A stretch of 64,000 bases of DNA from Candidatus Fimenecus sp. (GCA_045533355.1 JAZSHP010000005.1:1036-65035), one strand, 5' to 3'; shown: positions 53,075 through 63,407, counted from the stretch's first letter. The notes: generated from the letters alone by a model not told the origin. Numbers and translations: made by a program.

Positions 53075-54106
53075 TTATTTTTTAATTATACCAAACCAAT
53101 AAAGTGCAAGTCCTATTGCACAACCAATCATATTCACAAGAGTAAATACTGTAACGATTTTACGCTCTTTCCAACCACACATTTCAAAGTGATGGTGAAT
53201 TGGAGCCATTTTAAAGAATCTCTTTCCGTGTGTTACCTTGAAATATCCAATCTGGATAAGGTCTGAAACTGCCTCAATTACATAAATTATACCGAAAAGA
53301 ACAAGGATAATAGGACAATCGATTGCAAATGCAAGAGCTACTACCATACCGCCAAGGAACATTGAGCCTGTATCACCCATCATAACCTTTGAAGGATAGT
53401 AGTTCCAGATAAGGTAACCTAAACAACCGCCTGCAAGAGCTGCTGCAAGAATACTTATACCGAAGAATTTTGTCATAAGAGCAGCTATGCAGAATGCTAT
53501 TGCTGCAACTGATGTTACACTTGCGCAAAGACCGTCAACACCGTCAGTAAAGTTAACCGCATTAACTGCACCGTAAATTACGCAGATTCCGAAGAGCCAG
53601 AAGAACCATTTAAGGTCAACTGCACCAACGAAAGGAATCTGAATATATGTAAGACCATTTACATAAAGAGCCACAAGATAACCGATGATTATAATTACCT
53701 GTGGAATTGTTTTCTGAATTTCTGTGAGACCTAAATTTCTCTTTTTAACAACCTTGATATAGTCATCAGCAAAGCCTACAAGTCCAAGTCCTACTGCAAG
53801 AATAATACCTGCAACAAGTTTTACCTTTAATGTATCCGGCAAAGCGTGTTCACTTGCGAAAAGGTTTCCACCCATAAAATGGTCTGTTACAAGAACACAA
53901 GCTACAGAAGCTATTGTACTTATAATGAACATTATACCACCCATAACAGGTGTACCCTGCTTTGATTTATGCCATGCAGGACCGATATCAAGAATAGTCT
54001 GACCGAATTTTAATTTTCGAAGCCATGGAATAAGAACAAATCCCAATAAAAATGCGATAAGAAAACTTAAAACTGCCGTTGCACCTAATGCTACATAAAT
54101 ATTCAT
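53075..54106 (-). CDS. mraY: Phospho-N-acetylmuramoyl-pentapeptide transferase
   Basis: KxGTPVMGG, NAVNFTDGVDGL and MGDTGS are present. ATG at 54106 lies 8 nt after AAGGAG. Confidence 0.95.
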   Translation of the reverse strand: MNIYVALGATAVLSFLIAFLLGFVLIPWLRKLKFGQTILDIGPAWHKSKQGTPVMGGIMFIISTIASVACVLVTDHFMGGNLFASEHALPDTLKVKLVAGIILAVGLGLVGFADDYIKVVKKRNLGLTEIQKTIPQVIIIIGYLVALYVNGLTYIQIPFVGAVDLKWFFWLFGICVIYGAVNAVNFTDGVDGLCASVTSVAAIAFCIAALMTKFFGISILAAALAGGCLGYLIWNYYPSKVMMGDTGSMFLGGMVVALAFAIDCPIILVLFGIIYVIEAVSDLIQIGYFKVTHGKRFFKMAPIHHHFEMCGWKERKIVTVFTLVNMIGCAIGLALYWFGIIKK

Positions 54107-54118
54107 AACCACAACTCC

Positions 54119-55480
54119 TTATTTAACATCCCACTGTTCATAAATTTTTTGGAAAACTTCTTCAAGCTTCATACCGCGACTCGCTTTAAACAAAAGTGTG
54201 TCGCCTTCTTTTATTTCACCTAAAAGAGCTTCTGTCAATTCAGTTTTATCTGTGAAAGAGAAAACCTTTGTCAATCCCTCAGCCCTTGCTGTATCTGCCA
54301 TAAATTCTGACTGCTTACCATAAGTATAAAGTGCATCCACCTTACATTCGGCAGCATATTTACCAACATTTCTGTGGGCTGTTTCACTATAGCTTCCCAA
54401 CTCGAGCATATCACCGAGAACTGCGATTTTTCTGCCTTTGGCAATCTTACAAAGTGAGTTAAGTCCTGCTTTCTGTGAATCGGGACTTGCGTTGTAGCAA
54501 TCCTCAATAACTGTTATCCCGTTTACTTCCTTGATTCTTTGTCTCATTCCTGACGGAACATAATTCTGAAGACCTTTTGCAATATCTTCAGGAGAAATCT
54601 CATATTCAAGGCCTACTGCAAAAGCAGTTAAAGCATCATAAACATTGTGAATTCCAACTGTCGGAATAGTGATTTTCTGTCTTAAATCACCTTTTACGGC
54701 AACAAACTCTGTTGCAAGTCCGATTTCCTTGATTTCCTCTGCTAAAACATCACAGTTTTTATTTTCAATGCCAAAGAAAACAACCTTATAATCATCAGTT
54801 TTAACTGTACTGAGCAAATCATTATCACCGTTAAGGAAAAGTGTTGCACCTTTTTTAAGACCCTGAAGAATTTCAAGCTTTGCTTGTAAAATTCCTTCTC
54901 GTGACCCTAAATTTTCAATGTGAGAAACACCCACATTAGTAATAATCGCACAATCAGGTCTTGCACATTTTGTAAGCACGGTAATCTGTCCTGCACCGTC
55001 CATACCCATTTCAATTACGGCATTTCTTGTTGTTTTTTCAAGGCGGAAAAGTGTTCTCGGAACACCGATTTCATTGTTAAGATTACCCTCGGTTTTAAGG
55101 GTTTCACCCTTCTGCTCCATAACACAGGCAACCATTTCCTTTGTTGTGGTTTTACCTACACTGCCGGTAAGTCCGATTACTGTAAGTCCGTCAATGGAGC
55201 ATCTGTATTCAGTAGCAAAGCGAAGGAATGCTTCTTTTGTATCCTCAACATATATTACAGGAGCTGAACATTCCACTTCTCTGTGACAAACAACAGCACC
55301 AACACCTTTTTCTGCCACATCCTTTACAAAGTCATGTCCGTCAAATCTTTCACCCTTGATTGCAAAAAAGAGTGTATTTTCATCCACATCACGACTATCA
55401 ATTGAAACACGAGTTATTAAATTTTGTGATTCGTTTTCAAGTCCAAGCATTTTTGCTATTTCTGTCACTTTTAACTTCAT
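54119..55480 (-). CDS. murF: UDP-N-acetylmuramoyl-tripeptide--D-alanyl-D-alanine ligase
   Basis: Mur ligase P-loop GLTGSVGKTTTKE. The ATG overlaps the murE stop (ATGA). Confidence 0.93.
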   Translation of the reverse strand: MKLKVTEIAKMLGLENESQNLITRVSIDSRDVDENTLFFAIKGERFDGHDFVKDVAEKGVGAVVCHREVECSAPVIYVEDTKEAFLRFATEYRCSIDGLTVIGLTGSVGKTTTKEMVACVMEQKGETLKTEGNLNNEIGVPRTLFRLEKTTRNAVIEMGMDGAGQITVLTKCARPDCAIITNVGVSHIENLGSREGILQAKLEILQGLKKGATLFLNGDNDLLSTVKTDDYKVVFFGIENKNCDVLAEEIKEIGLATEFVAVKGDLRQKITIPTVGIHNVYDALTAFAVGLEYEISPEDIAKGLQNYVPSGMRQRIKEVNGITVIEDCYNASPDSQKAGLNSLCKIAKGRKIAVLGDMLELGSYSETAHRNVGKYAAECKVDALYTYGKQSEFMADTARAEGLTKVFSFTDKTELTEALLGEIKEGDTLLFKASRGMKLEEVFQKIYEQWDVK

Positions 55481-56913
55481 TTTTTTCTCCCGAAATATTC
55501 GTTTATTATTTCTCTTTCATCAAAGGGAATTTTATTTTCCCCAATTATCTGATAAGTTTCGTGTCCCTTACCTGCAAGGAGCACTATGTCGCCTTTTTTT
55601 GCTTTTTTCAGAGCAAATTCTATTGCCTGACGACGATTTTCTATAACTGCAATACGTGCTTTTGATTTTTCCATGCCACACAAAATATCATTTATTATAA
55701 GCAAAGGATTTTCTGTGCGTGGATTATCACTCGTGACAACGGTATAGTTAGCAAACTCACCTGCAATTTTTCCCATTTCGGCACGTTTTGATTTATCTCT
55801 GTCTCCGCCACAACCAAAAACCAGAATTATTCTTCCCGTTGTGATTTCCCGAAGTGAAGAAAGCATATTCTTTAATCCGTCGGGAGTGTGGGCATAATCT
55901 ATCATCACAGTATAGTTTCTCGGTGTTTTCACAATTTCTGCTCTGCCCTTTATAGGAGGAAGTTGTGAAATTGCCTGTGATATTTTTTCTATATGAAAAC
56001 CGAGATTCAATAAAATACTTATTGCACACAAGGTGTTGTAAACTGTAAATCTACCAAACAAATCCGATTTGATTCTGCTTATGCAGTCAAGTCCCACAAA
56101 TTCGTATTGTATTCCGTTTTCATTACAGATAATATTTTTTGCTGTATAATCCGCTTTGTCATAAAGAGCAGAATATGTAATTTTTTTACAGTTTATTCTG
56201 TCAAGATTCTTTGCAATTATACTGTCATCTATATTCGCACAAGCAAATTGAGATTTTTTGAAAAGTTCAAGCTTTGCATCTATATAATTCTCCATGCACT
56301 CATGATAATCAAGGTGTTCAGGAGTTATATTTGTAATTGCCGATGCACAGAAATCAATACCATAAACTCGATTCTGACTCAGAGCCTGGGAAGAAACCTC
56401 CATAACACAATACTCACAACCTGATTTCACCATTTCATTCAGTAACCTATGCAATTCCATTGGTTCAGGTGTTGTGAAAGTTGACTCTGTTTCCTCTGTA
56501 TCCCAACAATTCTTTATGGTTCCGATTATTCCGCATTTAATTCCCATAAAATCAAGAATATTCTTGACAAAAAAGCTTGTTGATGTTTTTCCGTTTGTTC
56601 CTGTGACACCGATTATTTTAAGTTTTTTTGAAGGATTATCATAAAAATTTGATGCAATAACAGCCAATGCCTTTCTTGTGTCATCAACTATTATTTGTTG
56701 CGGTAGGTTCAGGTCTTTGCTTGTGACAACTGCAACAGCACCGCACTCAATGGCCTTCTTTGCAAGAAAATGACCGTCACAGCTTTTACCGTCCACACAG
56801 ACAAACAATGCATTTTTTAAATTCTCATTATCCTTATCCGTTACTCTTTCAATTTCCCTTTCTTCAAAAACATCCTGTGTTTTCACACCCTTAAGAAGTG
56901 AAGAAAGTTTCAT
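55477..56913 (-). CDS. murE: UDP-N-acetylmuramoyl-L-alanyl-D-glutamate--2,6-diaminopimelate ligase
   Basis: GVTGTNGKTST is present. The DNPR motif (TSDNPRTE) suggests meso-DAP specificity. Confidence 0.93.
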   Translation of the reverse strand: MKLSSLLKGVKTQDVFEEREIERVTDKDNENLKNALFVCVDGKSCDGHFLAKKAIECGAVAVVTSKDLNLPQQIIVDDTRKALAVIASNFYDNPSKKLKIIGVTGTNGKTSTSFFVKNILDFMGIKCGIIGTIKNCWDTEETESTFTTPEPMELHRLLNEMVKSGCEYCVMEVSSQALSQNRVYGIDFCASAITNITPEHLDYHECMENYIDAKLELFKKSQFACANIDDSIIAKNLDRINCKKITYSALYDKADYTAKNIICNENGIQYEFVGLDCISRIKSDLFGRFTVYNTLCAISILLNLGFHIEKISQAISQLPPIKGRAEIVKTPRNYTVMIDYAHTPDGLKNMLSSLREITTGRIILVFGCGGDRDKSKRAEMGKIAGEFANYTVVTSDNPRTENPLLIINDILCGMEKSKARIAVIENRRQAIEFALKKAKKGDIVLLAGKGHETYQIIGENKIPFDEREIINEYFGRKK

Positions 56914-56945
56914 TGTTTTACCTCTATTAAATTATTATTTATACA

Positions 56946-59171
56946 TTAGTCAGAAATAATTTCACTTGAGCGGAAATAAACAGTGATTACCGAACCGACC
57001 TCAAGCTCAGAATCCTTAGGAATACTCTGTTTGTAGGACAACATCTGAGTTGCACCCTGAGTAGCACCCGCAATCTTTATGTTGAAGCCCGCATTGATTG
57101 CAATCTTATTTGCTTCTGTCAAGGTAAGTCCTGAAAGGTCAGGCACAACAGCCTTCTGTCTTTCTGCGTTTTCTTCTGTATATACCACAATCACGCCACC
57201 CTTTGGCATTGACTGGTTAGAAGTCGGCATCTGTGAAATTACTGTCTTACCCTCACCCACAATTTTAACTGTGAATCCGTTTGCAAGGGCTCTTACATCA
57301 GTTGCTGCTTTACCGATAAGATTAGGAGCAGTTACTGTTTTATCATCTATTTCCTTGTCACTGTATTCAGGGTCAACATTCAGATATGCAAGTATGTTTT
57401 CAAAAATTCTACCTGCAACCGGAGCTGCACCCGAACCACCTGTTGAATAATACTGAGGTTCGTCAAGTGCTATAAGCACAGCAATCTGAGGATTATCGGC
57501 AGGTGCAAATCCTGCAAAAGAAGCAATATTCTCATCCTTGGCATTAGCACCGATTTTTTCACTTGTACCTGTTTTACCCGCAATATGATAACCTGCAACA
57601 TAAGCATTCTTTGCTGTACCCCAGACACAAACCTGTTCCATTGCATCCGTCATTATATCCGCTGTTTTTTCAGAGATAACCTGTCTTTTTACAACCGGCT
57701 GAGTTTCCGAAACAATATTTCCGTCCTCATCGAGAACCTTTGAAACCACGTAAGGTGTCATAAGCTTACCACCGTTACCCAAAGAAGCAACTGCAGTAAT
57801 CATCTGAATAGGAGTAACCTGGAAGGTCTGACCGAATGATGCAGAAGAAAGCTCTGCAATACCCATTCTGTCTAACTCGTAATAAGATTTTCCCGCAACC
57901 GGTTTTGCCTCTGACGGCAAGTCGATTCCTGTTACATCAGTAAAGCCAAAGGCTTCAAAATACTTAAAGAATGTTGCTTTTCCCATTCTCTGTCCCATTG
58001 TGATAAAGAATGTATTACAAGAATTAGGTAATGACTCGTATACTGTCTGTGTACCGTGAGCCTTGTGATTGAAACAATTCTGATAATAGTTTGCAACCTT
58101 GATTGAACCAGTACAATGATATGTTGATGAAGGAGTTATAATACCCTCTTCAAGTGCTGCTGCCGCAACAAAGAGCTTATAAACTGAGCCGGGCTCGTAT
58201 GTATCCGTTATTGTTCTGTTTCTCCACTGAGAATATAAAGCATTTGTTTCTGCTTCTGCTCTTTCTTTTTCATCTTCAATTGCTGCAATCTGCTTAAGCA
58301 CAGCATCCGAATGAATTTCGTACGGTGTATTCAGATTATAGTCAGGCATTGTTGACATTCCGAGAATTGCACCTGTTTTTACGTCCATTACAATACCGTA
58401 TGCATATTTTGACTGTGTTTCATTGATTGCCTGAGCCAACTGCTGTTCAAGATAATACTGAATTACCTCATCAATTGTGAGCACAAGGCTGTAGCCCTGT
58501 TTTGCATCGTATGTTGTTTCGTAATCATTGGGCATATCACCTGAAAGAGCATTCTTTGCAGTAATAATTCTTCCTGCCTCACCGGTAAGCTCGTTATTGT
58601 ACTTAAGCTCAAGACCTGAACGTCCGATATCCTCAGAGCCTGTGAAGCCGATAATTGTTGAAGCAAAAGAACCAAGAGGATAATATCTCTTTGTATCAGG
58701 GTCAATACCAACTATTGTACCAAGCTTCTGGTCCTTATGCGCTTCAAGATACTCCTGAAGCTCTTTCTTTTTGTTATTATCAATTTTACCTATGATTTTT
58801 TCATAACCGCTCTGTTGACGATTAACCTTTTTCTCAACAGTCTCACGGTCAAGCTCAAAAATGCTGACAAAACCATCGACAAGCAAATTCTTTTGCTCAT
58901 CGGTGGTTATTTTTGACGGATTAATATAAACCAACCATGCAGATGCGCTCTGTGCAATAACCTTCATGTTGGAATCATAGATTGTACCTCTGTTGGCAGC
59001 AATCACAGTATCACTCAACTGATTTCTTTCTGCCTTGAGACGATATTCTTCACCTTTAACAACCTGAATCCAGAAAAGATTTCCGATTATGGCAAGTAAT
59101 GCAACGCAAAAGATAATAAATGCCCTGAAAGAACGATTTCCCATCTCTTTTGTAGGTTTTTTACTATTCAT
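56946..59171 (-). CDS. Class B penicillin-binding protein (FtsI/PBP2B/SpoVD type) with two C-terminal PASTA domains
   Basis: It has a TM, a dimerisation domain and transpeptidase motifs (a SxxK-like EPGSVYKLF region, and KTGT). Two PASTA repeats follow. ATG at 59171 follows AAGGAG. Confidence 0.9.
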   Translation of the reverse strand: MNSKKPTKEMGNRSFRAFIIFCVALLAIIGNLFWIQVVKGEEYRLKAERNQLSDTVIAANRGTIYDSNMKVIAQSASAWLVYINPSKITTDEQKNLLVDGFVSIFELDRETVEKKVNRQQSGYEKIIGKIDNNKKKELQEYLEAHKDQKLGTIVGIDPDTKRYYPLGSFASTIIGFTGSEDIGRSGLELKYNNELTGEAGRIITAKNALSGDMPNDYETTYDAKQGYSLVLTIDEVIQYYLEQQLAQAINETQSKYAYGIVMDVKTGAILGMSTMPDYNLNTPYEIHSDAVLKQIAAIEDEKERAEAETNALYSQWRNRTITDTYEPGSVYKLFVAAAALEEGIITPSSTYHCTGSIKVANYYQNCFNHKAHGTQTVYESLPNSCNTFFITMGQRMGKATFFKYFEAFGFTDVTGIDLPSEAKPVAGKSYYELDRMGIAELSSASFGQTFQVTPIQMITAVASLGNGGKLMTPYVVSKVLDEDGNIVSETQPVVKRQVISEKTADIMTDAMEQVCVWGTAKNAYVAGYHIAGKTGTSEKIGANAKDENIASFAGFAPADNPQIAVLIALDEPQYYSTGGSGAAPVAGRIFENILAYLNVDPEYSDKEIDDKTVTAPNLIGKAATDVRALANGFTVKIVGEGKTVISQMPTSNQSMPKGGVIVVYTEENAERQKAVVPDLSGLTLTEANKIAINAGFNIKIAGATQGATQMLSYKQSIPKDSELEVGSVITVYFRSSEIISD

Positions 59172-59274
59172 TTTTGTCACACTCCTTGTCTGTGAATTAG
59201 TTTTTAATAAAAACAACGAGAGTTAATGGCAAAACGCCAAAACTCTCCCCTGTTTCAATATAAATATATTATGA

Positions 59275-59826
59275 TTACTGTTCATTTATTACCTTTGGTG
59301 TATCGATGTTTTTACCATCAACCTTTGCAACAAAGTCACTGTCTGACAAATCTACATAAACAACCTGATGTTCCTGAATCTTGACCATGCCAAGCTCGTT
59401 AACTGCATAATCCTCAACATTATTGATAGACATTATTGCATTTAATTCGTTATTGATTCTGATTGATTCACTATTTGCAAGTTCCATTTTGTTTTCAACC
59501 GCACTGATTTCACGATTAACCTCGTCAAGCTGTACACGACTGAAAATAGCAAGTGCCATAAACAATAAAACGGTAATTGATACAACCATAACCTTGAGTG
59601 TTCTTTTTGTATCAACAGCTGTCTGCTGACGAACCTGAGCAGCAGTTCTTCTTGTTCTCTGAATAAGTGTAAGATTAGGCTTTTTCTGTGGAGCAGGCTT
59701 AATTTTTGGTGCTGCAGAGCTATTATAAGTAACCGGTCTCGCACTTCCGTTGTAATTATTATATGTATTATAAGCATTTGTATTGTATGCATTTCTGTTG
59801 TATGCACTTCTGTTCTGCTGCGCCAT
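59275..59826 (-). CDS. ftsL: FtsL-like cell-division protein with N/Y-rich cytoplasmic tail
   Basis: Its position between rsmH and the PBP gene fits FtsL. It has a single TM followed by a coiled coil. The N-terminus reads AQQNRSAYNRNAYNTNAYNTYNNYNGS. Confidence 0.6.
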   Translation of the reverse strand: MAQQNRSAYNRNAYNTNAYNTYNNYNGSARPVTYNSSAAPKIKPAPQKKPNLTLIQRTRRTAAQVRQQTAVDTKRTLKVMVVSITVLLFMALAIFSRVQLDEVNREISAVENKMELANSESIRINNELNAIMSINNVEDYAVNELGMVKIQEHQVVYVDLSDSDFVAKVDGKNIDTPKVINEQ

Positions 59827-59838
59827 ATCTTTCTTCCT

Positions 59839-60753
59839 TTACCTTAATTTTTCTATAGTACGAAGTTTCGCACTCCTGCTTCTGTTGTTCACATCAAGCT
59901 CCGACTGTTTTGCTGACAAGCCCTTATTGATGATTTTTCCTTCGGGAGTTTTCCCACAAACACAAACCGGAAACTCCTTAGGGCAAGTACACCCCACAGT
60001 AAACTCGCGAAACTTTTCTTTCACTGTTCTGTCTTCAAGCGAATGGAAAGTGATTATCGAAAGCCTTCCGCCAACCTTAAGGCTACGGAACATATCCTCG
60101 ACCGCTTGACTGAGTGTTGAAAGCTCATCATTCACTTCAATTCTGATTGCCTGAAATGTTTTTCTTGCAGGGTGACCGTCACGTCTGTACTTTGCAGGAA
60201 CCGAATCCCTGATAATCTCTGCAAGTTCCAATGTTGTTTCAATTTTTTTAGTTTCTCTTGCCTTTACAATGTTCTTAGCAATTCCTCTTGCAAACTTTTC
60301 TTCACCATAACGAGTGATTACATTGAAAAGTTCTTGTTCGGAATATCCGTTCACAACATCGTAAGCACTTTTTCCCGCCTTGCTCATTCTCATATCAAGA
60401 GGAGCATCGTGATGGAAAGAAAAACCTCTTTCAGGAGTGTCGAGTTGGAACGAGCTGACTCCCAGGTCAGCAAGAATTCCATCCGCCTGTCTTCCGTTTA
60501 AAATGTTTTTTATATTACTGAAATTATCATTGACTATCTGAACCTGAGGCATATTACCGATTCTCTCGGTAATTACCTGAATGGCGTCGGGGTCACGGTC
60601 AATAGCAACAAGAACACCGTCCGGGATGTGCTCAAGGATTGCTCTTGAATGCCCCGCTCCACCACAGGTACAATCAACATAGAAACCATCTTTTTTAATG
60701 TTGAGTGATTCTATTGTTTCATCAAACAAAACTGAAATGTGTGAAAATTCCAT
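59839..60753 (-). CDS. rsmH: 16S rRNA (cytosine1402-N4)-methyltransferase
   Basis: HISVL...YVDCTCGGAGHS and DLGVSSFQLD are present. Confidence 0.95.
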   Translation of the reverse strand: MEFSHISVLFDETIESLNIKKDGFYVDCTCGGAGHSRAILEHIPDGVLVAIDRDPDAIQVITERIGNMPQVQIVNDNFSNIKNILNGRQADGILADLGVSSFQLDTPERGFSFHHDAPLDMRMSKAGKSAYDVVNGYSEQELFNVITRYGEEKFARGIAKNIVKARETKKIETTLELAEIIRDSVPAKYRRDGHPARKTFQAIRIEVNDELSTLSQAVEDMFRSLKVGGRLSIITFHSLEDRTVKEKFREFTVGCTCPKEFPVCVCGKTPEGKIINKGLSAKQSELDVNNRSRSAKLRTIEKLR

Positions 60754-60759
60754 ATTCCG

Positions 60760-61170
60760 TTACCACTCAATTTCTTCGGAGAAGTCAATTGCATCCTTAG
60801 TGCTTGTCTGAGTAATCTTGAATTTCTCCATAGGCCAGATTTCAATTCTTCGTCCGGCACCGACAATTGCAGTTTCTTTCACAAGTTCAGCATGTTCAAC
60901 AAATCTGCTGTCAAGAGTAATACGACCCTGATTATCAACACTTGCCTCAACAACATTGCTGAAGAAGTCTCTTTGTTCCTTAAGACTTCTGTGAGTTCTT
61001 CTGTACTGTTCTGCAATCTCTTCAAAAGTTTCCTGCGGGTAAACAAAAAGATTGGATTCAGCACCGGGCATCACGAAAAATCTCTCGCCCAACTGGTCAC
61101 GGAACTTCGCAGGAATGAACAAACGATTCTTGGAGTCCATACTATGAAAATACAAGCTTATAAAAGACAT
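60760..61170 (-). CDS. mraZ: Transcriptional regulator MraZ
   Basis: Two SpoVT/AbrB-like halves, each with D.K.R / D.QGR motifs (MDSKNRLFIPAKFR; VDNQGRITL). It is the first gene of the dcw cluster. Confidence 0.93.
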   Translation of the reverse strand: MSFISLYFHSMDSKNRLFIPAKFRDQLGERFFVMPGAESNLFVYPQETFEEIAEQYRRTHRSLKEQRDFFSNVVEASVDNQGRITLDSRFVEHAELVKETAIVGAGRRIEIWPMEKFKITQTSTKDAIDFSEEIEW

Positions 61171-61257
61171 TTTTATCCATTCCTTTCTTAGTTATTTTTT
61201 GTCTATTTACCCTATCAGGTGTAAAATGGGTGCAATTTTCCCCCACTCGATGCATTT

Positions 61258-61286
61258 ATTATACAATATAGCGATAAAAAAATCAA
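61258..61286 (-). promoter_or_regulatory. Candidate P-mraZ (dcw cluster promoter)
   Basis: On the minus strand the sequence reads TTGATT (61286-61281), a 17-nt spacer ending in TG, then TATAAT (61263-61258). This makes it an extended -10. It sits about 90 nt upstream of the mraZ ATG and downstream of the ppa terminator. Confidence 0.5.
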
Positions 61287-61365
61287 GAAAAAGATAAAAT
61301 TTCTTTTGTGCATTTTTCTACAAAGTTTTCATATCCTATTTGTGCATATTGCACAACTAAAAGCA

Positions 61366-61402
61366 ACAAAAAAACACCCCGTTTTTTCTCAAAACGGAGT
61401 GT
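61366..61402 (-). terminator. Intrinsic terminator after ppa
   Basis: On the minus strand an 11-bp stem with one G-U pair (CACTCCGTTTT-gagaa-AAAACGGGGTG) is followed by TTTTTTTG. Confidence 0.65.
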
Positions 61403-61419
61403 AAAATTATAGTTTTTAT

Positions 61420-61950
61420 TTACTTTTCGAAGCTCTTTTTATAGCCCTCAATTGCATCATCAATAATGTCAATTGCTGCTAACACACCCTTTGCTTCATC
61501 AATAGCAGTGTCCTTATTTTCAAGCATTTTATACACTGTAAAGAAGTGAGTCATCTCATCATAAAGGTGTTTAGGAAGCTGACTTATATCCTTATATACG
61601 TTGTATGTCGGGTCTCCAAAAGGAATTGCAATAATCTTATCATCAGCGTGTCCGCCATCGACCATGGATATAACACCGATTGGATAACAACGAACAAGTG
61701 CCATCGGTTCAATCTTTTCCGAACAAAGCACAAGCACATCCAACGGGTCATTATCGTCCGCAAAGGTTCTTGGAATAAAACCGTAATTTGCAGGATAGTG
61801 AGTTGATGTATGAAGCACACGGTCAAGCTTTAAAAGACCTGTTTCCTTATCAAGCTCGTATTTCATTTTACTGCCCTTACTGATTTCGATTACTGCTTCA
61901 AAATCTTTTCGTGTGATTCTTGAAGAATCAATATCATGCCATATATTCAT
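61420..61950 (-). CDS. ppa: Family I inorganic pyrophosphatase
   Basis: 176 aa with YPANYGFIP and DGDPLD-like DNDPLDVLV motifs. The start overlaps the pncB stop by 1 nt (TAATG). Confidence 0.93.
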   Translation of the reverse strand: MNIWHDIDSSRITRKDFEAVIEISKGSKMKYELDKETGLLKLDRVLHTSTHYPANYGFIPRTFADDNDPLDVLVLCSEKIEPMALVRCYPIGVISMVDGGHADDKIIAIPFGDPTYNVYKDISQLPKHLYDEMTHFFTVYKMLENKDTAIDEAKGVLAAIDIIDDAIEGYKKSFEK

Positions 61951-63407
61951 TATTTCTTAACTCCTTTATATTCTTCAATCAACTCTTTACGGACTCTCCA
62001 GAGATTTTCTGAAAGGTCAACGTAATAGGTATGAGGATTTTCAAATCTTTTAACCTCTTCCCAAAGATTATCAATTTCACCTGAGCAATAATCTCTGATT
62101 TCATCAACTGACGGTTCTTTATAAACACACTCACCTTTTAGGAAAACAGGAACGAGCATTTTTCTCGCAACAAAGTTTTCAACCTCTTTGCGTTTCCATG
62201 TAAAATCAGGGTCAAAGAGTGTATAAGGTTTACTTTCGTCAATTTCTTCATCTTCAAGTGTAAGCACATCGGCAATAGCCTTACCTGTATCACAATCAAA
62301 CAGTCTGTAAAGCATTTTTGAATGAGGTGTGGTAATTTTACTTACATTCTCGGAAAGATTAATTTTAGGGATAATTTCACCGTCTTTTTCAATAGCGCTC
62401 AATTTATAAACGCCGCTGAAAAGTGGTGCTGATGCAGAATTGATAAGTCTTTCACCAACGATAAAGCAATCAACCTTTGCTCCCTGCAAAATCATATCAT
62501 TGATAATATATTCGTCAAGTGAGTTTGACGCAGTAATGCTACAATCAGGATATCCTGCTTCATCAAGCATTTTTCTTGCTTTTTTAGAAAGATATGTGAT
62601 ATCACCCGAGTCAATACGGATGCTGACAGGACGTTTGCCCATCGGTGCTAAAACATCATTGAATGCCTTTATTGCATTAGGTACACCCGAACGGATTGTA
62701 TCGTAAGTATCAACAACAAGTGAGCAGTCGTCGGGATACTGTCTTGCATATTCGCAGAATGCTTCGTATTCAGAATCAAACATCTGCACCCAACTGTGAA
62801 CCATTGTATTCATTGTTGGAATACCGAATTTTTCGCTCTGAACAACGCCCGATGTACCAACGCAACCACCGATATATGCAGCACGTGAGCCATAGAACGC
62901 AGAGTCAAAGCCAACAGCACGACGAGTACCGAATTCAGCAACACTTGTACCCTTTGCAGCACGGACAAGTCGATTTGCCTTTGTAGCAATAAGACTCTGA
63001 TGATTCATACAAACCATAAGTATTGTTTCAATAAGCTGTGCCTGAACAATAGGTCCTCTTACTTTAATTACAGGCTCGTTAGGGAAAATAGGTGTTCCCT
63101 CAGGTACAGACCAGATGTCACACTCGAATTTAAAATTACGAAGATAATCAATAAACTCGTCACACAAGCCGAGAGTCCCAAGATATTCCAAATCAGACTC
63201 GGTAAATGAGATATTCTTAATAAAATCGATAATTCTTGAAAGACCTGCAAAAACTGCAAAGCCACCTTTATCGGGAACTTTTCTGAAGAATACATCAAAA
63301 TACGCGATTTCGTCATTCTTACCACTCATAAACAAGCCGTTAGCCATTGTGAGCTCGTAAAGCTCCGTCATTAAAAATCTGTTTTTGTTGAGAGATTCAT
63401 TATTCAT
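61950..63407 (-). CDS. pncB: Nicotinate phosphoribosyltransferase
   Basis: NAPRTase-like throughout (LYELTMA, FGTRR, DSGD). ATG at 63407 follows AGGTGA; the track start at 63476 is an extension. Confidence 0.9.
   Translation of the reverse strand: MNNESLNKNRFLMTELYELTMANGLFMSGKNDEIAYFDVFFRKVPDKGGFAVFAGLSRIIDFIKNISFTESDLEYLGTLGLCDEFIDYLRNFKFECDIWSVPEGTPIFPNEPVIKVRGPIVQAQLIETILMVCMNHQSLIATKANRLVRAAKGTSVAEFGTRRAVGFDSAFYGSRAAYIGGCVGTSGVVQSEKFGIPTMNTMVHSWVQMFDSEYEAFCEYARQYPDDCSLVVDTYDTIRSGVPNAIKAFNDVLAPMGKRPVSIRIDSGDITYLSKKARKMLDEAGYPDCSITASNSLDEYIINDMILQGAKVDCFIVGERLINSASAPLFSGVYKLSAIEKDGEIIPKINLSENVSKITTPHSKMLYRLFDCDTGKAIADVLTLEDEEIDESKPYTLFDPDFTWKRKEVENFVARKMLVPVFLKGECVYKEPSVDEIRDYCSGEIDNLWEEVKRFENPHTYYVDLSENLWRVRKELIEEYKGVKK

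Noticed and set aside
61171-61257. Possible MraZ operator boxes in the mraZ leader (GAGTGGGGGAAAATTGCACCCATTTTACACCTGATAGGGT on the minus strand)
   Set aside because: G-rich pentamers are present, but I could not find a regularly spaced direct-repeat series (about 10-nt period) like the described MraZ binding repeats. I do not report it as a feature.
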